Shown: positions 27,872 through 36,833 of the stretch, piece after piece
Layout: each line of letters begins with the position of its first letter
Position numbering within the stretch: the stretch's first letter is position 1
Assembly (NCBI GenBank): GCA_964370775.1
Contig: CAYJKT010000001.1
Span: 89,542 to 153,541, forward strand
Source of the DNA: an uncultured Eubacteriales bacterium
GTDB taxonomy: Bacteria > Bacillota > Clostridia > Oscillospirales > Acutalibacteraceae
Reading direction: 5' to 3'
Length of the DNA: 64,000 bases
Position numbers and translations under genes: made by a program
Notes under the pieces: generated by a model
What the model was told of the DNA's origin: nothing
Database searches by the model: none
What the model saw: the letters and a program-made list of their open reading frames with translations, nothing else

Positions 27872-29602
27872 TTAGTTTGTAATGTCTAGCTTTTTGAATG
27901 AGAATAGTGAAATTATAAATATCACTGCTCCGTATATCAAGTTTACACCTATTCCTAACGGAATACTTAATGGGAAGCCTTTTGAAATCAGTTCGCTTGT
28001 CATGCTATATTCTGCATAGAAGTCATACATGTTGATGTATGGTATAGGAGTGAAAGCGATGAAAGATAGGCTTGTTGACATTTGATATGCAAATGCAAGT
28101 ACGATAGTTGCACCGAATAATACAAGTGTTGGTATTATTATTGAAACAGCTATGTTTTTAGATGTCATTGATACTGAGAAAGCTATAATGTAACAGAATA
28201 GCATTGACACTGATGTTACCATCATTCTTTCAAACAGCATTAGGAAGAAATTAATATCTCCACTAGCAGTGTAATTAGGGAAAGAATAGTCGCTAAATCC
28301 GTGTGTAAATCCTGTAATTACTATTGTAGTCAAAAAGATTGCAAAATACAAGACATAAAGTATAATTAATCCTGCTAAAAATCTAGATAATATAACTTTT
28401 TCTCTAATTCTTGGTCTAATCATTAAAAGTCTAACTGTTCCGCTTTGGAATTCGCCAGCGATTGTGTAACCACCGATTAGTATACCGAAGATTGCAACTA
28501 ATGATACTGATGATAACATAGAGTTTACATTAGTTCTTGCTCCATCTTGTACAAACTTCATGTCAGGTTCGCTAGTATCTAGTGATGATTGAGCAACGAA
28601 AATATTTTTTTCTGCTTCTATAACTGTGTCTTGTAAGTTTTTTTCGTAGTTAGAATAAGTTTCGTACTCTCTTAATTCATATTCAGATTCATAAAACTCT
28701 TCTTCAGTTAGTTTGTAAGTAGTAGCTTGTTTTATATCACTTCTAGCCCAGTTTAATTGGTCTAATGCATCATTTTCCCAACTTCCGTCTCCTGGTACAA
28801 TGCCATTAGCTAATCTATATTCTAATTCAGGAATTTGAATTTCTTGTATATCAGATATATTCATGTTGATGTGTTCGATTTGCTCTGATAAATATTCTTC
28901 TTTACTAGGGTCAGCTATAATATCTGCCTCTAAATCTAGAATATCTTGATTATAATCTTCTATATCTTTGTTATAGTTTCTAATTGAATAATCAACATAA
29001 AGGTTAAAGTCATTATTAGCTATAATAGTTTTAACGTCTTCTAAATTAGAAGCTAACTCTGCTTTGTCTTCATCTGTATATTCTTCAAGTTCTTTTGATA
29101 TATCTACATAAGAATGTCCGTTGTACTCCAAAACTTTTGTCATAGCATCTTCATTTATATCATCAGTTTGAATAACGAAATTTTTAATTATATTATATTG
29201 GTTTTGGTATGTTAAACGTATACGATAATCGGCCCAATCAGTAGCTTGAGTTGCTGCTAATAAGTAAAAATCAATTAATTCTTGGTTAAGGTCAACTGCG
29301 TACTTAACTTCGTCTTGGCTTTCGTACCAATCTGTTGCATAGTCACGTTGATCCACAAAATTGCGTAAATCCCAGTAAAGTTCAGAGTTGTTTGGAACTG
29401 TAACTCCGTCTATAACTAACTCTTCACCACCATATCCGTAATATGAAGAACCATAAATCATGTCATCTATTGATGATGAAAAAAGGCTGATAATCGGTGT
29501 AACTACACAAAGTAATGCAAAAATAATAATGCCTGAAATCAAAATAAACTTAGATTGAAGCATAAGTTTTGCTTCTGCTAAAATTTGTTTAAAAAAGTTC
29601 AT
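27872..29602 (-). CDS. ABC-2 family transporter permease with about 330-aa acidic extracytoplasmic domain (YhgE/Pip-like topology)
   Basis: N-terminal TM, large extracellular coiled/acidic region, C-terminal 5-6 TM bundle; 12 nt after ATPase stop. Confidence 0.6.
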   Translation of the reverse strand: MNFFKQILAEAKLMLQSKFILISGIIIFALLCVVTPIISLFSSSIDDMIYGSSYYGYGGEELVIDGVTVPNNSELYWDLRNFVDQRDYATDWYESQDEVKYAVDLNQELIDFYLLAATQATDWADYRIRLTYQNQYNIIKNFVIQTDDINEDAMTKVLEYNGHSYVDISKELEEYTDEDKAELASNLEDVKTIIANNDFNLYVDYSIRNYNKDIEDYNQDILDLEADIIADPSKEEYLSEQIEHINMNISDIQEIQIPELEYRLANGIVPGDGSWENDALDQLNWARSDIKQATTYKLTEEEFYESEYELREYETYSNYEKNLQDTVIEAEKNIFVAQSSLDTSEPDMKFVQDGARTNVNSMLSSVSLVAIFGILIGGYTIAGEFQSGTVRLLMIRPRIREKVILSRFLAGLIILYVLYFAIFLTTIVITGFTHGFSDYSFPNYTASGDINFFLMLFERMMVTSVSMLFCYIIAFSVSMTSKNIAVSIIIPTLVLFGATIVLAFAYQMSTSLSFIAFTPIPYINMYDFYAEYSMTSELISKGFPLSIPLGIGVNLIYGAVIFIISLFSFKKLDITN

Positions 29603-29614
29603 ACTTATACCCCC

Positions 29615-30535
29615 TTAAGAAATTTGGTTCTTAGAACCTGATGTCATAGAAATGAAATCTTGCTCTAGTGAACGTTGTTGTCTGTTAACTGCATAAATGC
29701 CTATGCCCTCGCTAATTAAATCGCTGATGATTTTAGGTATTTCGTCGTTTTTCATAACCAAATTTACACCCTCAGGTAGCATATCACAGTTAGCACCCAT
29801 AGCTTTAAATTTCTCTAAAACATGTTTATTGTTATCTGTAACAAATGTGTATTGGTAAATCTCTACATTTTCTTCTTCGTTAGAACCTATAGTTTTTTCG
29901 CCAATAATCACGCCGTTATCGATTATGTAAATTCTGTCGCACATAAGTTCCATTTCAGAAAGCAAATGGCTAGAAATAAACACACCTGTACCAGCATTTT
30001 GTGCTAAGTGTTTTAAAAGGTCACGAAGTTCTTTGATACCTATAGGGTCAAGTCCGTTAGTAGGTTCATCCAATATAAGTAGTGGAGGCATGTGTAACAA
30101 AGCTTGTGCAAGACCAACCCTTTGTCTCATACCCAAAGAATATGTTTTGATTTTGTGGTTAATTCTGTCTTTCATTTTAACAAGTTCAACAACAGAATCA
30201 ATGTTCTCTACTGCTTCTTTTCCGTGAAAGCCAGCAAAGTACTCTAAATTTTGTCTGCCAGTAAGTCTTTTGTATAAATCAGGATTTTCAACTATACCGC
30301 CAACATTTTGCATTGCTCTTTCAAAATCTGTTTTAACACTGTGCCCACACACGCTTATGTTGCCCTCGGTTATGTTAAATAGTCCCATTATCATTTTAAT
30401 GGTAGTGGTTTTACCTGCGCCGTTAGGTCCCAAAAAGCCTACAATCTCGCCACTATTTACAGTTAGGCTAACATTGTCTACTATAGTTTTTTTCTTTATC
30501 TTTTTGGTAACGCCTTCTAATTTCAAAAGCTCCAT
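29615..30535 (-). CDS. ABC transporter ATP-binding protein
   Basis: Walker A GPNGAGKTT, signature YSLGMRQRVGLAQAL, Walker B LLILDEPTNGLD. Confidence 0.85.
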   Translation of the reverse strand: MELLKLEGVTKKIKKKTIVDNVSLTVNSGEIVGFLGPNGAGKTTTIKMIMGLFNITEGNISVCGHSVKTDFERAMQNVGGIVENPDLYKRLTGRQNLEYFAGFHGKEAVENIDSVVELVKMKDRINHKIKTYSLGMRQRVGLAQALLHMPPLLILDEPTNGLDPIGIKELRDLLKHLAQNAGTGVFISSHLLSEMELMCDRIYIIDNGVIIGEKTIGSNEEENVEIYQYTFVTDNNKHVLEKFKAMGANCDMLPEGVNLVMKNDEIPKIISDLISEGIGIYAVNRQQRSLEQDFISMTSGSKNQIS

Positions 30536-30556
30536 TAGATTTCCTCCTTAAAGTTC

Positions 30557-30612
30557 AAGTGTATTATTAAAGTTAATACACTTATAATAGTCTATTATGA
30601 ACCGTTTGTCAA
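30557..30612 (-). promoter_or_regulatory. promoter (TTGACA-17-TATTAT) of the ABC/PASTA operon with a perfect 10-bp inverted repeat (aagtgtatta-N7-taatacactt) starting at +1, candidate operator or 5'-UTR hairpin
   Basis: Minus strand ctatTGACAaacggttcataatagacTATTAT then palindrome then AAGGAGG RBS. Confidence 0.5.
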
Positions 30613-30672
30613 TAGTATATTTCTGAAATAAACATTAAATTTTTATTAAAGGCTAAATAATTCCAAAATAGT

Positions 30673-30709
30673 AAGGAGCAGTGACACTTTTTTTGTGTCA
30701 CTGCTCCTT
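30673..30709. terminator. bidirectional terminator (aaggagcagtgacac-tttttttg-tgtcactgctcctt)
   Basis: 14-bp stem, T-rich loop/flanks; lies 3' of lipoprotein gene 30722..31285. Confidence 0.65.
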
Positions 30710-30721
30710 ATATAATTTATT

Positions 30722-31285
30722 TTAGACACCCATTATATCGGTGTGCAGAATGTTTATCGTTAATATATCGTTTCCAGCAGTGTTGATAATAGCTGTGATA
30801 TTTAATGATGTATCATTCAAAATCCAACGGCTAAAGCTGTTCTGTAAGCCGTTAAATTCATTCTCTGAAAACTCACTAGGCTCTCCGTATATTTCAGTGA
30901 ATTCAGCAAGCTTTTCTGCGATGTACTCAGAAGAATTTTCTTCAAGTGTAAAGCTAAAAGTTATTCCTGCAAGCCTGTCATTTGTGAAAAAATAGTTGGA
31001 CTCAGCTGTGAAGTCGTCAAGCATGAATATATTGTTAGGTGCATACATCACACCAGAAACTACACCCTCTTGGTCGATGATAGTCTCTGTAGATTTATCT
31101 ATAACAGAAGCATTATCATCTGGAGAACTACCCCAAACTAAACCGTTATAAGAGAATTCGTCATCGTTTTTAAAACTGGATATATCAAGAGTGACATTTT
31201 TGTTTTGTGATGAACATGCAGTTAATATAGCCATAATAAGCAGAATTGTTGCTATAAGATTTACTGTTTTTTTCAATTGGAACAC
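30722..31285 (-). CDS. hypothetical lipoprotein
   Basis: Signal peptide with lipobox LTAC-S; 187 aa. Confidence 0.5.
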   Translation of the reverse strand: MFQLKKTVNLIATILLIMAILTACSSQNKNVTLDISSFKNDDEFSYNGLVWGSSPDDNASVIDKSTETIIDQEGVVSGVMYAPNNIFMLDDFTAESNYFFTNDRLAGITFSFTLEENSSEYIAEKLAEFTEIYGEPSEFSENEFNGLQNSFSRWILNDTSLNITAIINTAGNDILTINILHTDIMGV

Positions 31286-31297
31286 CCCTATAAGCTA

Positions 31298-32743
31298 TTA
31301 TTCTACATCAACTGAAGTTGTTGGTACTGCCTCAGTCGGTGCTGATTTTTTTGTACCTAGATAATTTGGTAAGTCCATTCCCGCCATGTCGAACATATCG
31401 TTCATTGGAGGGATGCTTTTCATAAGTCCTGACAAGAAGTTAGCTGTTGAGCTTTTTCCGTCAGCGCCGTTGCCGCCATCCCAAACAGTAATTTTATCAA
31501 ATTTAATGTTTTTGATAGAGTCAACTTGGATTTTAAGCAAGTCTTCCATTTTATCTGTAAGCATAAGTTTAAGTGCATCGTCTGCGTTGCCACCAGCAGC
31601 CTTTACAATCTCTGCAAGACCAGCAGCTTGCTTAGTTAGGATTTCTTGAATACCACGAGCCTCAGCTTCCATTTTCATAAATATCGCATCAGCTTCACCT
31701 TTTGCTCGTCTTCTAATTTGTTCAGCCTCAGCCTCAGCCTCAAGCTCTAATTTACGTTTAGCAATCTCTGCTTTAACGATAACATCAGCTTCTAGTGTAG
31801 CTTTTTCTCTTGAAGAACGAGCAAGCTCTGCGGTTTGTTCAGCAGCATAAGCGTCTTCAAGCGCTTTCGCAGACTGAATTTTCTCAGCAGATGTAGCAAT
31901 TCTTAAAGCTTCAGCTTCTTTTTCACGTCTTTGAGCATTACTCAAAGATATAGCAACTTGCGCTTCGTTTTCACCAGTAATAGCGATAGACTCAGCTTGA
32001 GAAACTTGGATACGTTGGTCTTTTTCAGCATTCGCTTGACCGATAGCACCGTCACGAGTTTTCTCAGCAACTGATTTTTTAGCGTCATTGATAGCTTTAG
32101 CAGCTGCTTCTTTACCAAGAGCTAGGATATAACCAGATTCGTCGTTAATGTCTGTAACGTTAACGTTGATAAGACGTAGACCGATTTTTTTAAGCTCTGT
32201 TTCAACGTTAGAAGAAACAGCTTCTAGGAATTTGTCTCTGTCTGTGTTGATTTCTTCGATATCCATTGTAGCAATTATAAGTCTTAATTGTCCAAAGATA
32301 ATATCTTTTGCAAGCTCTTGAATCTCTACAAGTTTCAAACCAAGTAGTCTTTCAGCAGCGTTTTGCATAACGCCAGTTTCTGTTGATATACCTACTGTAA
32401 ATCTTGATGGTACGTCGATACGAATGTTTTGTCTTGAAAGTGCGTTTGTTAAGTCAACTTGAATTGACAGAGGGGTTAAGTCTAAGTACGCAAAACCTTG
32501 AACAACAGGAATAACAAAGGCTGCGCCACCGTGGATACATCTAGCACTTCTAGCTGTTCCATCTTTGTTTTGGCCAACTTTACCAAAGATAACCATAACT
32601 TTGTCGGACGGACACTTTTTGTATCTTGAAATAAAGAAAACAAGTACAGAAAGCAGGATTAAAACTAACACGACTATAAAGATAACTAATTCTACAGGGA
32701 TCATAATTAAAACTCCTTTTATAATTTTTATATCACTTATCAC
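31298..32743 (-). CDS. flotillin-like SPFH/band-7 protein (FloT/YuaG type)
   Basis: 481 aa; N-terminal TM, SPFH domain, long Ala/Glu-rich coiled coil (EAEAEAEQIRRRAKGEADAI). Confidence 0.8.
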   Translation of the reverse strand: MISDIKIIKGVLIMIPVELVIFIVVLVLILLSVLVFFISRYKKCPSDKVMVIFGKVGQNKDGTARSARCIHGGAAFVIPVVQGFAYLDLTPLSIQVDLTNALSRQNIRIDVPSRFTVGISTETGVMQNAAERLLGLKLVEIQELAKDIIFGQLRLIIATMDIEEINTDRDKFLEAVSSNVETELKKIGLRLINVNVTDINDESGYILALGKEAAAKAINDAKKSVAEKTRDGAIGQANAEKDQRIQVSQAESIAITGENEAQVAISLSNAQRREKEAEALRIATSAEKIQSAKALEDAYAAEQTAELARSSREKATLEADVIVKAEIAKRKLELEAEAEAEQIRRRAKGEADAIFMKMEAEARGIQEILTKQAAGLAEIVKAAGGNADDALKLMLTDKMEDLLKIQVDSIKNIKFDKITVWDGGNGADGKSSTANFLSGLMKSIPPMNDMFDMAGMDLPNYLGTKKSAPTEAVPTTSVDVE

Positions 32744-33321
32744 TTCTTAATAACTATAAGAGTGTTAGGTGCAGATATTGATACAACAGTAACACTTGTG
32801 CCCGTTGTAAGGGGTTCGTCTTCGTCAGTCATTGCATCAAATTCACTGTACTGACCTCCGACTACTGCGTTGATTTTACCAGTTCCACCACGGTTTGCAG
32901 GTATTCTAATGTAAACTGTTCCACTTACTCCAAGGGCATCGTTTATACTGCCAGTGCCGTTTTCTTGAAGTTTAAATAAATAATAATATGCTAAACCTAT
33001 TAGGTACATAGCTCCAGCACCACATGCAAATGCTAAAATTAGTGTAGCAAGAGCCTGTAAGCCTAGTTCAAGAAGTAATACTCCAGACCAACCAAACACT
33101 GCAAAAAAGCTAACAAAACCTTTTACTGTAAGAAATTGTAAACCAGACGAACCGGCGTCAATTTCCAGCTCATCAAATTCGGATAAACCCTCACTCTCAG
33201 CCTCAGAGTCGCCTCCAATGAATAATAGCACAATTTGCACCACTAAAATCACTGTGGCAGGTATAGCTATAAAAGCTAATACTTGTTGTAAATTACTTAA
33301 CGAATTCCACCAATCAATCAT
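32740..33321 (-). CDS. NfeD-like membrane protein (YuaF type; OB-fold C-terminus), partner of flotillin
   Basis: Three TM then TVYIRIPANRGGTGKINAVVGGQYSEFDAM OB-fold segment; stop overlaps flotillin start (4 nt). Confidence 0.7.
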   Translation of the reverse strand: MIDWWNSLSNLQQVLAFIAIPATVILVVQIVLLFIGGDSEAESEGLSEFDELEIDAGSSGLQFLTVKGFVSFFAVFGWSGVLLLELGLQALATLILAFACGAGAMYLIGLAYYYLFKLQENGTGSINDALGVSGTVYIRIPANRGGTGKINAVVGGQYSEFDAMTDEDEPLTTGTSVTVVSISAPNTLIVIKK

Positions 33322-33334
33322 AATATCACTCCTT

Positions 33335-33877
33335 TCATATAATTCTCGAAATCTTCATCAATAACAGCGCTTGTCGTTTACACTCGCAAGATAGATGAGA
33401 AATTAGCAAAATCTCTAACACAACTTTCAATCTATCTTTTGCACCGTAAACAGGTTCGATATAATTAGAAAGAATATCGTCTAAAATATAGACTAAGTCT
33501 TCTCGTTTTTCATTGTACCTAAACAGTAGGTCAACAAAATAGAAATAAAGGTCGCTGTCGCTAATTAAATCGTCGCTTTCAGACACTAAGTCGCCATTAA
33601 TATGTGATATTAAAGAACATATATTGTCTATCGGCAAGCAATCTTTAACTGCGTTTATCGTTGCTAATCTTGCAAGTTTATCCATAGAATATTTTTTTTC
33701 TATAGGAGGGGAAACGTAGCCTCTTTTTACCCAGTTTTGAACAGTGTGGGTCTCTAGACCGGTTACTGTGCAAATTTGGGAAAGTACTAATCCGCCTGTA
33801 GAGTACATTGAATTAAAGATTTTTCTGCACTCTAGGTTGTTGCCTTCTATAGTTAATCCTGGAAGTTGTTTCATCAT
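33335..33877 (-). CDS. DUF1836-like HTH domain protein (putative regulator)
   Basis: N-terminal LSQICTVTGLETHTVQNWVKRGYVSPP resembles DUF1836 HTH segment. Confidence 0.4.
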   Translation of the reverse strand: MMKQLPGLTIEGNNLECRKIFNSMYSTGGLVLSQICTVTGLETHTVQNWVKRGYVSPPIEKKYSMDKLARLATINAVKDCLPIDNICSLISHINGDLVSESDDLISDSDLYFYFVDLLFRYNEKREDLVYILDDILSNYIEPVYGAKDRLKVVLEILLISHLSCECKRQALLLMKISRII

Positions 33878-33889
33878 CTCACCACCTTA

Positions 33890-33918
33890 AACTGTAATAT
33901 GATTATATCACACAGTCA
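33890..33918 (-). promoter_or_regulatory. promoter TTTACA-17-TATAAT of the HTH-NfeD-flotillin operon with perfect 16-bp palindrome ACAGTCACGTGACTGT over -35/spacer (candidate autoregulatory operator)
   Basis: Palindrome at 33902..33917; TATAAT directly 3' of it on minus strand; GGTGGTGAG RBS. Confidence 0.5.
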
Positions 33919-34059
33919 CGTGACTGTAAAGAGGTAAAATAAACAAAAATAATTACATTTTTTTATAGATATTGTTGATTTACGGTAGGGCAAGGGTTCT
34001 ACTCTTGCCGAAGAATAGATTTGGTACATACTAATCAATATGTTTTTCATATTGTTTAA

Positions 34060-34088
34060 AACCTCAAATTATGGTATAATCAATATTA
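34060..34088 (+). promoter_or_regulatory. promoter of MATE gene (TTGTTT-17-TGgTATAAT)
   Basis: Extended -10 consensus 24 nt upstream of RBS AAAAGGGGAG. Confidence 0.5.
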
Positions 34089-34112
34089 TTTGAGCAAAAA
34101 AGGGGAGCGACT

Positions 34113-35522
34113 ATGGATAAAAGAGAACAAATGCTTGCAGAGGGTAAAATTAGTGGATTGATTTTAAAGTATTCGCTTCCGGCAATATTAAGTGGATTGA
34201 TAAGTGCGATATATAACATTGTAGACCAAATATTTATAGGTCAACAAGTAGGTGTTATAGGAAACTCTGCTACAAACGTTGTGTTTCCAGTGGTTATGAT
34301 AACCTCTGCACTTGCTACTTTAATAGGTGTGGGTACGTCTAGTAATTTTAGCTTGGCAAGAGGCAGAAAAGACGAAGATTTGTCTAAAAAATTCATTGGA
34401 AACGGAATTTTAATGGCTGTTGTGTGGGGCGTGACTATTTGTGTTATAGCACTGCTTTTTTCGTCTCAGATTTTAAACGTATCAGGTGCAACTCCTGCAA
34501 ACATGGAATATGCACAAACATATTTAGGTATACTTGCACTGGGTTTTCCGTTTTTTGTGTTTAGTACATCGGTTAGCCACATAATAAGAGCAGATGGTTC
34601 ACCAAAATATTCAATGATATGTATAGGCTCAGGCGCTATTTTGAACATAGTTTTAGATGCACTATTTATGTATGGTTTTAACATGGGCATAGCAGGGGCA
34701 GCGTGGGCAACGGTGATAGGGCAGGTTGTGTCAGCAGGGTTATCAGTTAAATATTTAACTAAATTTAAGACGTTTAAGTTAGATAAAAGTGTGATTTCTC
34801 TTAAATTTTTTGCTATGAAAAAAATCGCATTGCTGGGAATTGCTCCATTTGTGAACCAAATCTCAATATCCATAACTCAAATTGCAATGAATAACACAAT
34901 TACCTTATACGGTGCGGACTCAATTTATGGAACGGATATTCCACTTGCATGTGTGGGGATTATCACAAAAGTTAACATGATTTTTGTGACTATAGCTATA
35001 GGCATAGGGCAAGGCTCTCAACCGATTATCGGCTTTAACTACGGCGCTAAAAATTACACTAGAGTTATGGAAGCGATACGTAAAAATTTGATGTATGTAA
35101 GTGTTGTGTCAGTAATGGCGTTCTGTGCGTTTCAGATTTTCCCAAGACAAATTACGTCTTTGTTTGGCGACGGAAGCGAATTGTACTTTGAATTTGCAGA
35201 AAGTTATTTTAGAATATTCATGTTTATGGCATTTACCATTGGAATTCAACCAGTTGCTGGCAACTTTTTTACTTCACTTGGCAAATCCACAAGAGGTGTG
35301 TTTATATCGCTTACTAAACAGATTTTATTCTTACTGCCACTCATAATTATTTTACCAATGTTCATGGGTTTAGACGGTGTATTGTATGCTGGCCCGATTG
35401 CAGATACTGCTGCTGTTTTAGTGTCTAGCATATTGTTAATTAAAGAATACAGAAATCTAAAAAGGTTAGATAATGAACAAAATGCAGTAAAAAAACTGAC
35501 AGAAAGAGAAATTTTATGCTAG
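34113..35522 (+). CDS. MATE family efflux transporter
   Basis: 469 aa, 12 TM; N-terminal LKYSLPAILSGLISAIYNIVDQIFIGQ typical MATE. Confidence 0.85.
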   Translation: MDKREQMLAEGKISGLILKYSLPAILSGLISAIYNIVDQIFIGQQVGVIGNSATNVVFPVVMITSALATLIGVGTSSNFSLARGRKDEDLSKKFIGNGILMAVVWGVTICVIALLFSSQILNVSGATPANMEYAQTYLGILALGFPFFVFSTSVSHIIRADGSPKYSMICIGSGAILNIVLDALFMYGFNMGIAGAAWATVIGQVVSAGLSVKYLTKFKTFKLDKSVISLKFFAMKKIALLGIAPFVNQISISITQIAMNNTITLYGADSIYGTDIPLACVGIITKVNMIFVTIAIGIGQGSQPIIGFNYGAKNYTRVMEAIRKNLMYVSVVSVMAFCAFQIFPRQITSLFGDGSELYFEFAESYFRIFMFMAFTIGIQPVAGNFFTSLGKSTRGVFISLTKQILFLLPLIIILPMFMGLDGVLYAGPIADTAAVLVSSILLIKEYRNLKRLDNEQNAVKKLTEREILC

Positions 35523-35531
35523 TAAGTTTTG
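35505..35531 (+). repeat. 27-bp perfect direct repeat, left copy (agagaaattttatgctagtaagttttg), spans MATE stop codon
   Basis: Identical 27-mer recurs at 36807..36833. Confidence 0.85.
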
Positions 35532-35554
35532 TGCTGTAATTAATGTACGAATGA

Positions 35555-35583
35555 TTGACAAAATTTGCCTAGCAGTGTATAAT
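35555..35583 (+). promoter_or_regulatory. perfect consensus sigma-A promoter TTGACA-17-TATAAT driving the acyltransferase gene
   Basis: TTGACAaaatttgcctagcagtgTATAAT, about 58 nt upstream of ATG at 35642. Confidence 0.6.
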
Positions 35584-35641
35584 AATTATTAGGTGATTTA
35601 TCATTATATCTTGAAAAATAATTGTAATTTTGGGAGGAAAC

Positions 35642-36739
35642 ATGGAAAAAAAATTCTATGATAATTTTAATGGAGTTAGAACTTTAGCAGCTGTTACTAT
35701 TGTATTTATGCACGTGTTACAAACAGCTTCTTACACTTTTAAACCTGGATTGGTTTCAGATTTAGCTTATATATATTTATATAATTCTTATGTTTTTGTT
35801 GAGCTCTTTTTTATGATAAGTGGTTTTTCATTGTGTTGTGGATATTATGAAAGAATTAAAAATAACAAAATGAATATCAATGATTTCTATAGTAAAAGAT
35901 ATACAAGGATTTTACCTTTTTTTGCTATATTGGTATGTCTAGATTTATTAGCAACTTTTCTGTTCGGCAGTGGAATAACTATGTCAGTTTTATATGAAGC
36001 TTACGCAAACTTTACACTGTTGTTTGGTTTTCTTCCTATGGTTGATATCAGTGTAATTGGTGTTGGTTGGACTTTAGGAGTAATATTTGGTTTTTATATA
36101 GTATTTCCATTTTTTGTATATACATTATGGACTAAACGCAGAGCATGGTTTTGGTTGCTAGTATTTTTAGGAATTAACTATGTTACATCTGTTTATTTTG
36201 TGGGAGAAAATGGACCTATAAAAACTAACACATTCAGATTTCTTTGCTTCTTTACAGTTGGTGGTATTTTATATCTATATAAAGATAAAATCGACAATAT
36301 GTATAATAAGTTAAGTAAAAGTGTATCAATGGTAGTGTCTGTACTATTTCTTATTGTGGGGCTAATCATTAGTGTTTATTTTGAAGATAACAATAATTAT
36401 ACCAATATACTTGCGCTGTGGCTCACTGTGAAAAATATTTTAGCGTTTGCGCTCATACTAATTTCTGCTATGGCTCCTAACCACAAAGTGTTAGATAATA
36501 TATTTACGAAATATATGAGCAACATAAGCTTTGAAATTTATTTATCTCACATGTTAATGTATAGAGTTGTAGAAATGGTGGGATTAATAGCTATTTTTGG
36601 AAACACTGTACATGGTTATATCATTGTTTCTTTAGCAGTTCTTGCAGGTTCTACAGCATTCTCTATTGTGTTTAAGATAATAGAGAAAAAAGTTTTTGCT
36701 TATCTAGATAAAAGAAAATTAGCAAAAACTACAGTCTAA
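35642..36739 (+). CDS. acyltransferase family 3 protein (OatA/O-antigen acetylase-like integral membrane acyltransferase)
   Basis: MEKKFYDNFNGVRTLAAVTIVFMHV (acyl_transf_3 N-terminal motif), about 10 TM; start at MEKKFY after GGGAGG RBS. Confidence 0.75.
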   Translation: MEKKFYDNFNGVRTLAAVTIVFMHVLQTASYTFKPGLVSDLAYIYLYNSYVFVELFFMISGFSLCCGYYERIKNNKMNINDFYSKRYTRILPFFAILVCLDLLATFLFGSGITMSVLYEAYANFTLLFGFLPMVDISVIGVGWTLGVIFGFYIVFPFFVYTLWTKRRAWFWLLVFLGINYVTSVYFVGENGPIKTNTFRFLCFFTVGGILYLYKDKIDNMYNKLSKSVSMVVSVLFLIVGLIISVYFEDNNNYTNILALWLTVKNILAFALILISAMAPNHKVLDNIFTKYMSNISFEIYLSHMLMYRVVEMVGLIAIFGNTVHGYIIVSLAVLAGSTAFSIVFKIIEKKVFAYLDKRKLAKTTV

Positions 36740-36752
36740 TTTATACAAAATA

Positions 36753-36800
36753 AATCCGAATTCTAATGTTTTGCATGAGAGTTCGGATTGTTATTTTTTA
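36753..36800 (+). terminator. terminator-like hairpin after acyltransferase gene (aatccgaa-N20-ttcggatt + TTATTTTTT)
   Basis: 8-bp stem, long loop, T-tract. Confidence 0.5.
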
Positions 36801-36806
36801 TTATGG

Positions 36807-36833
36807 AGAGAAATTTTATGCTAGTAAGTTTTG
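36807..36833 (+). repeat. 27-bp perfect direct repeat, right copy, spans antiporter start codon
   Basis: Identical to 35505..35531. Confidence 0.85.
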
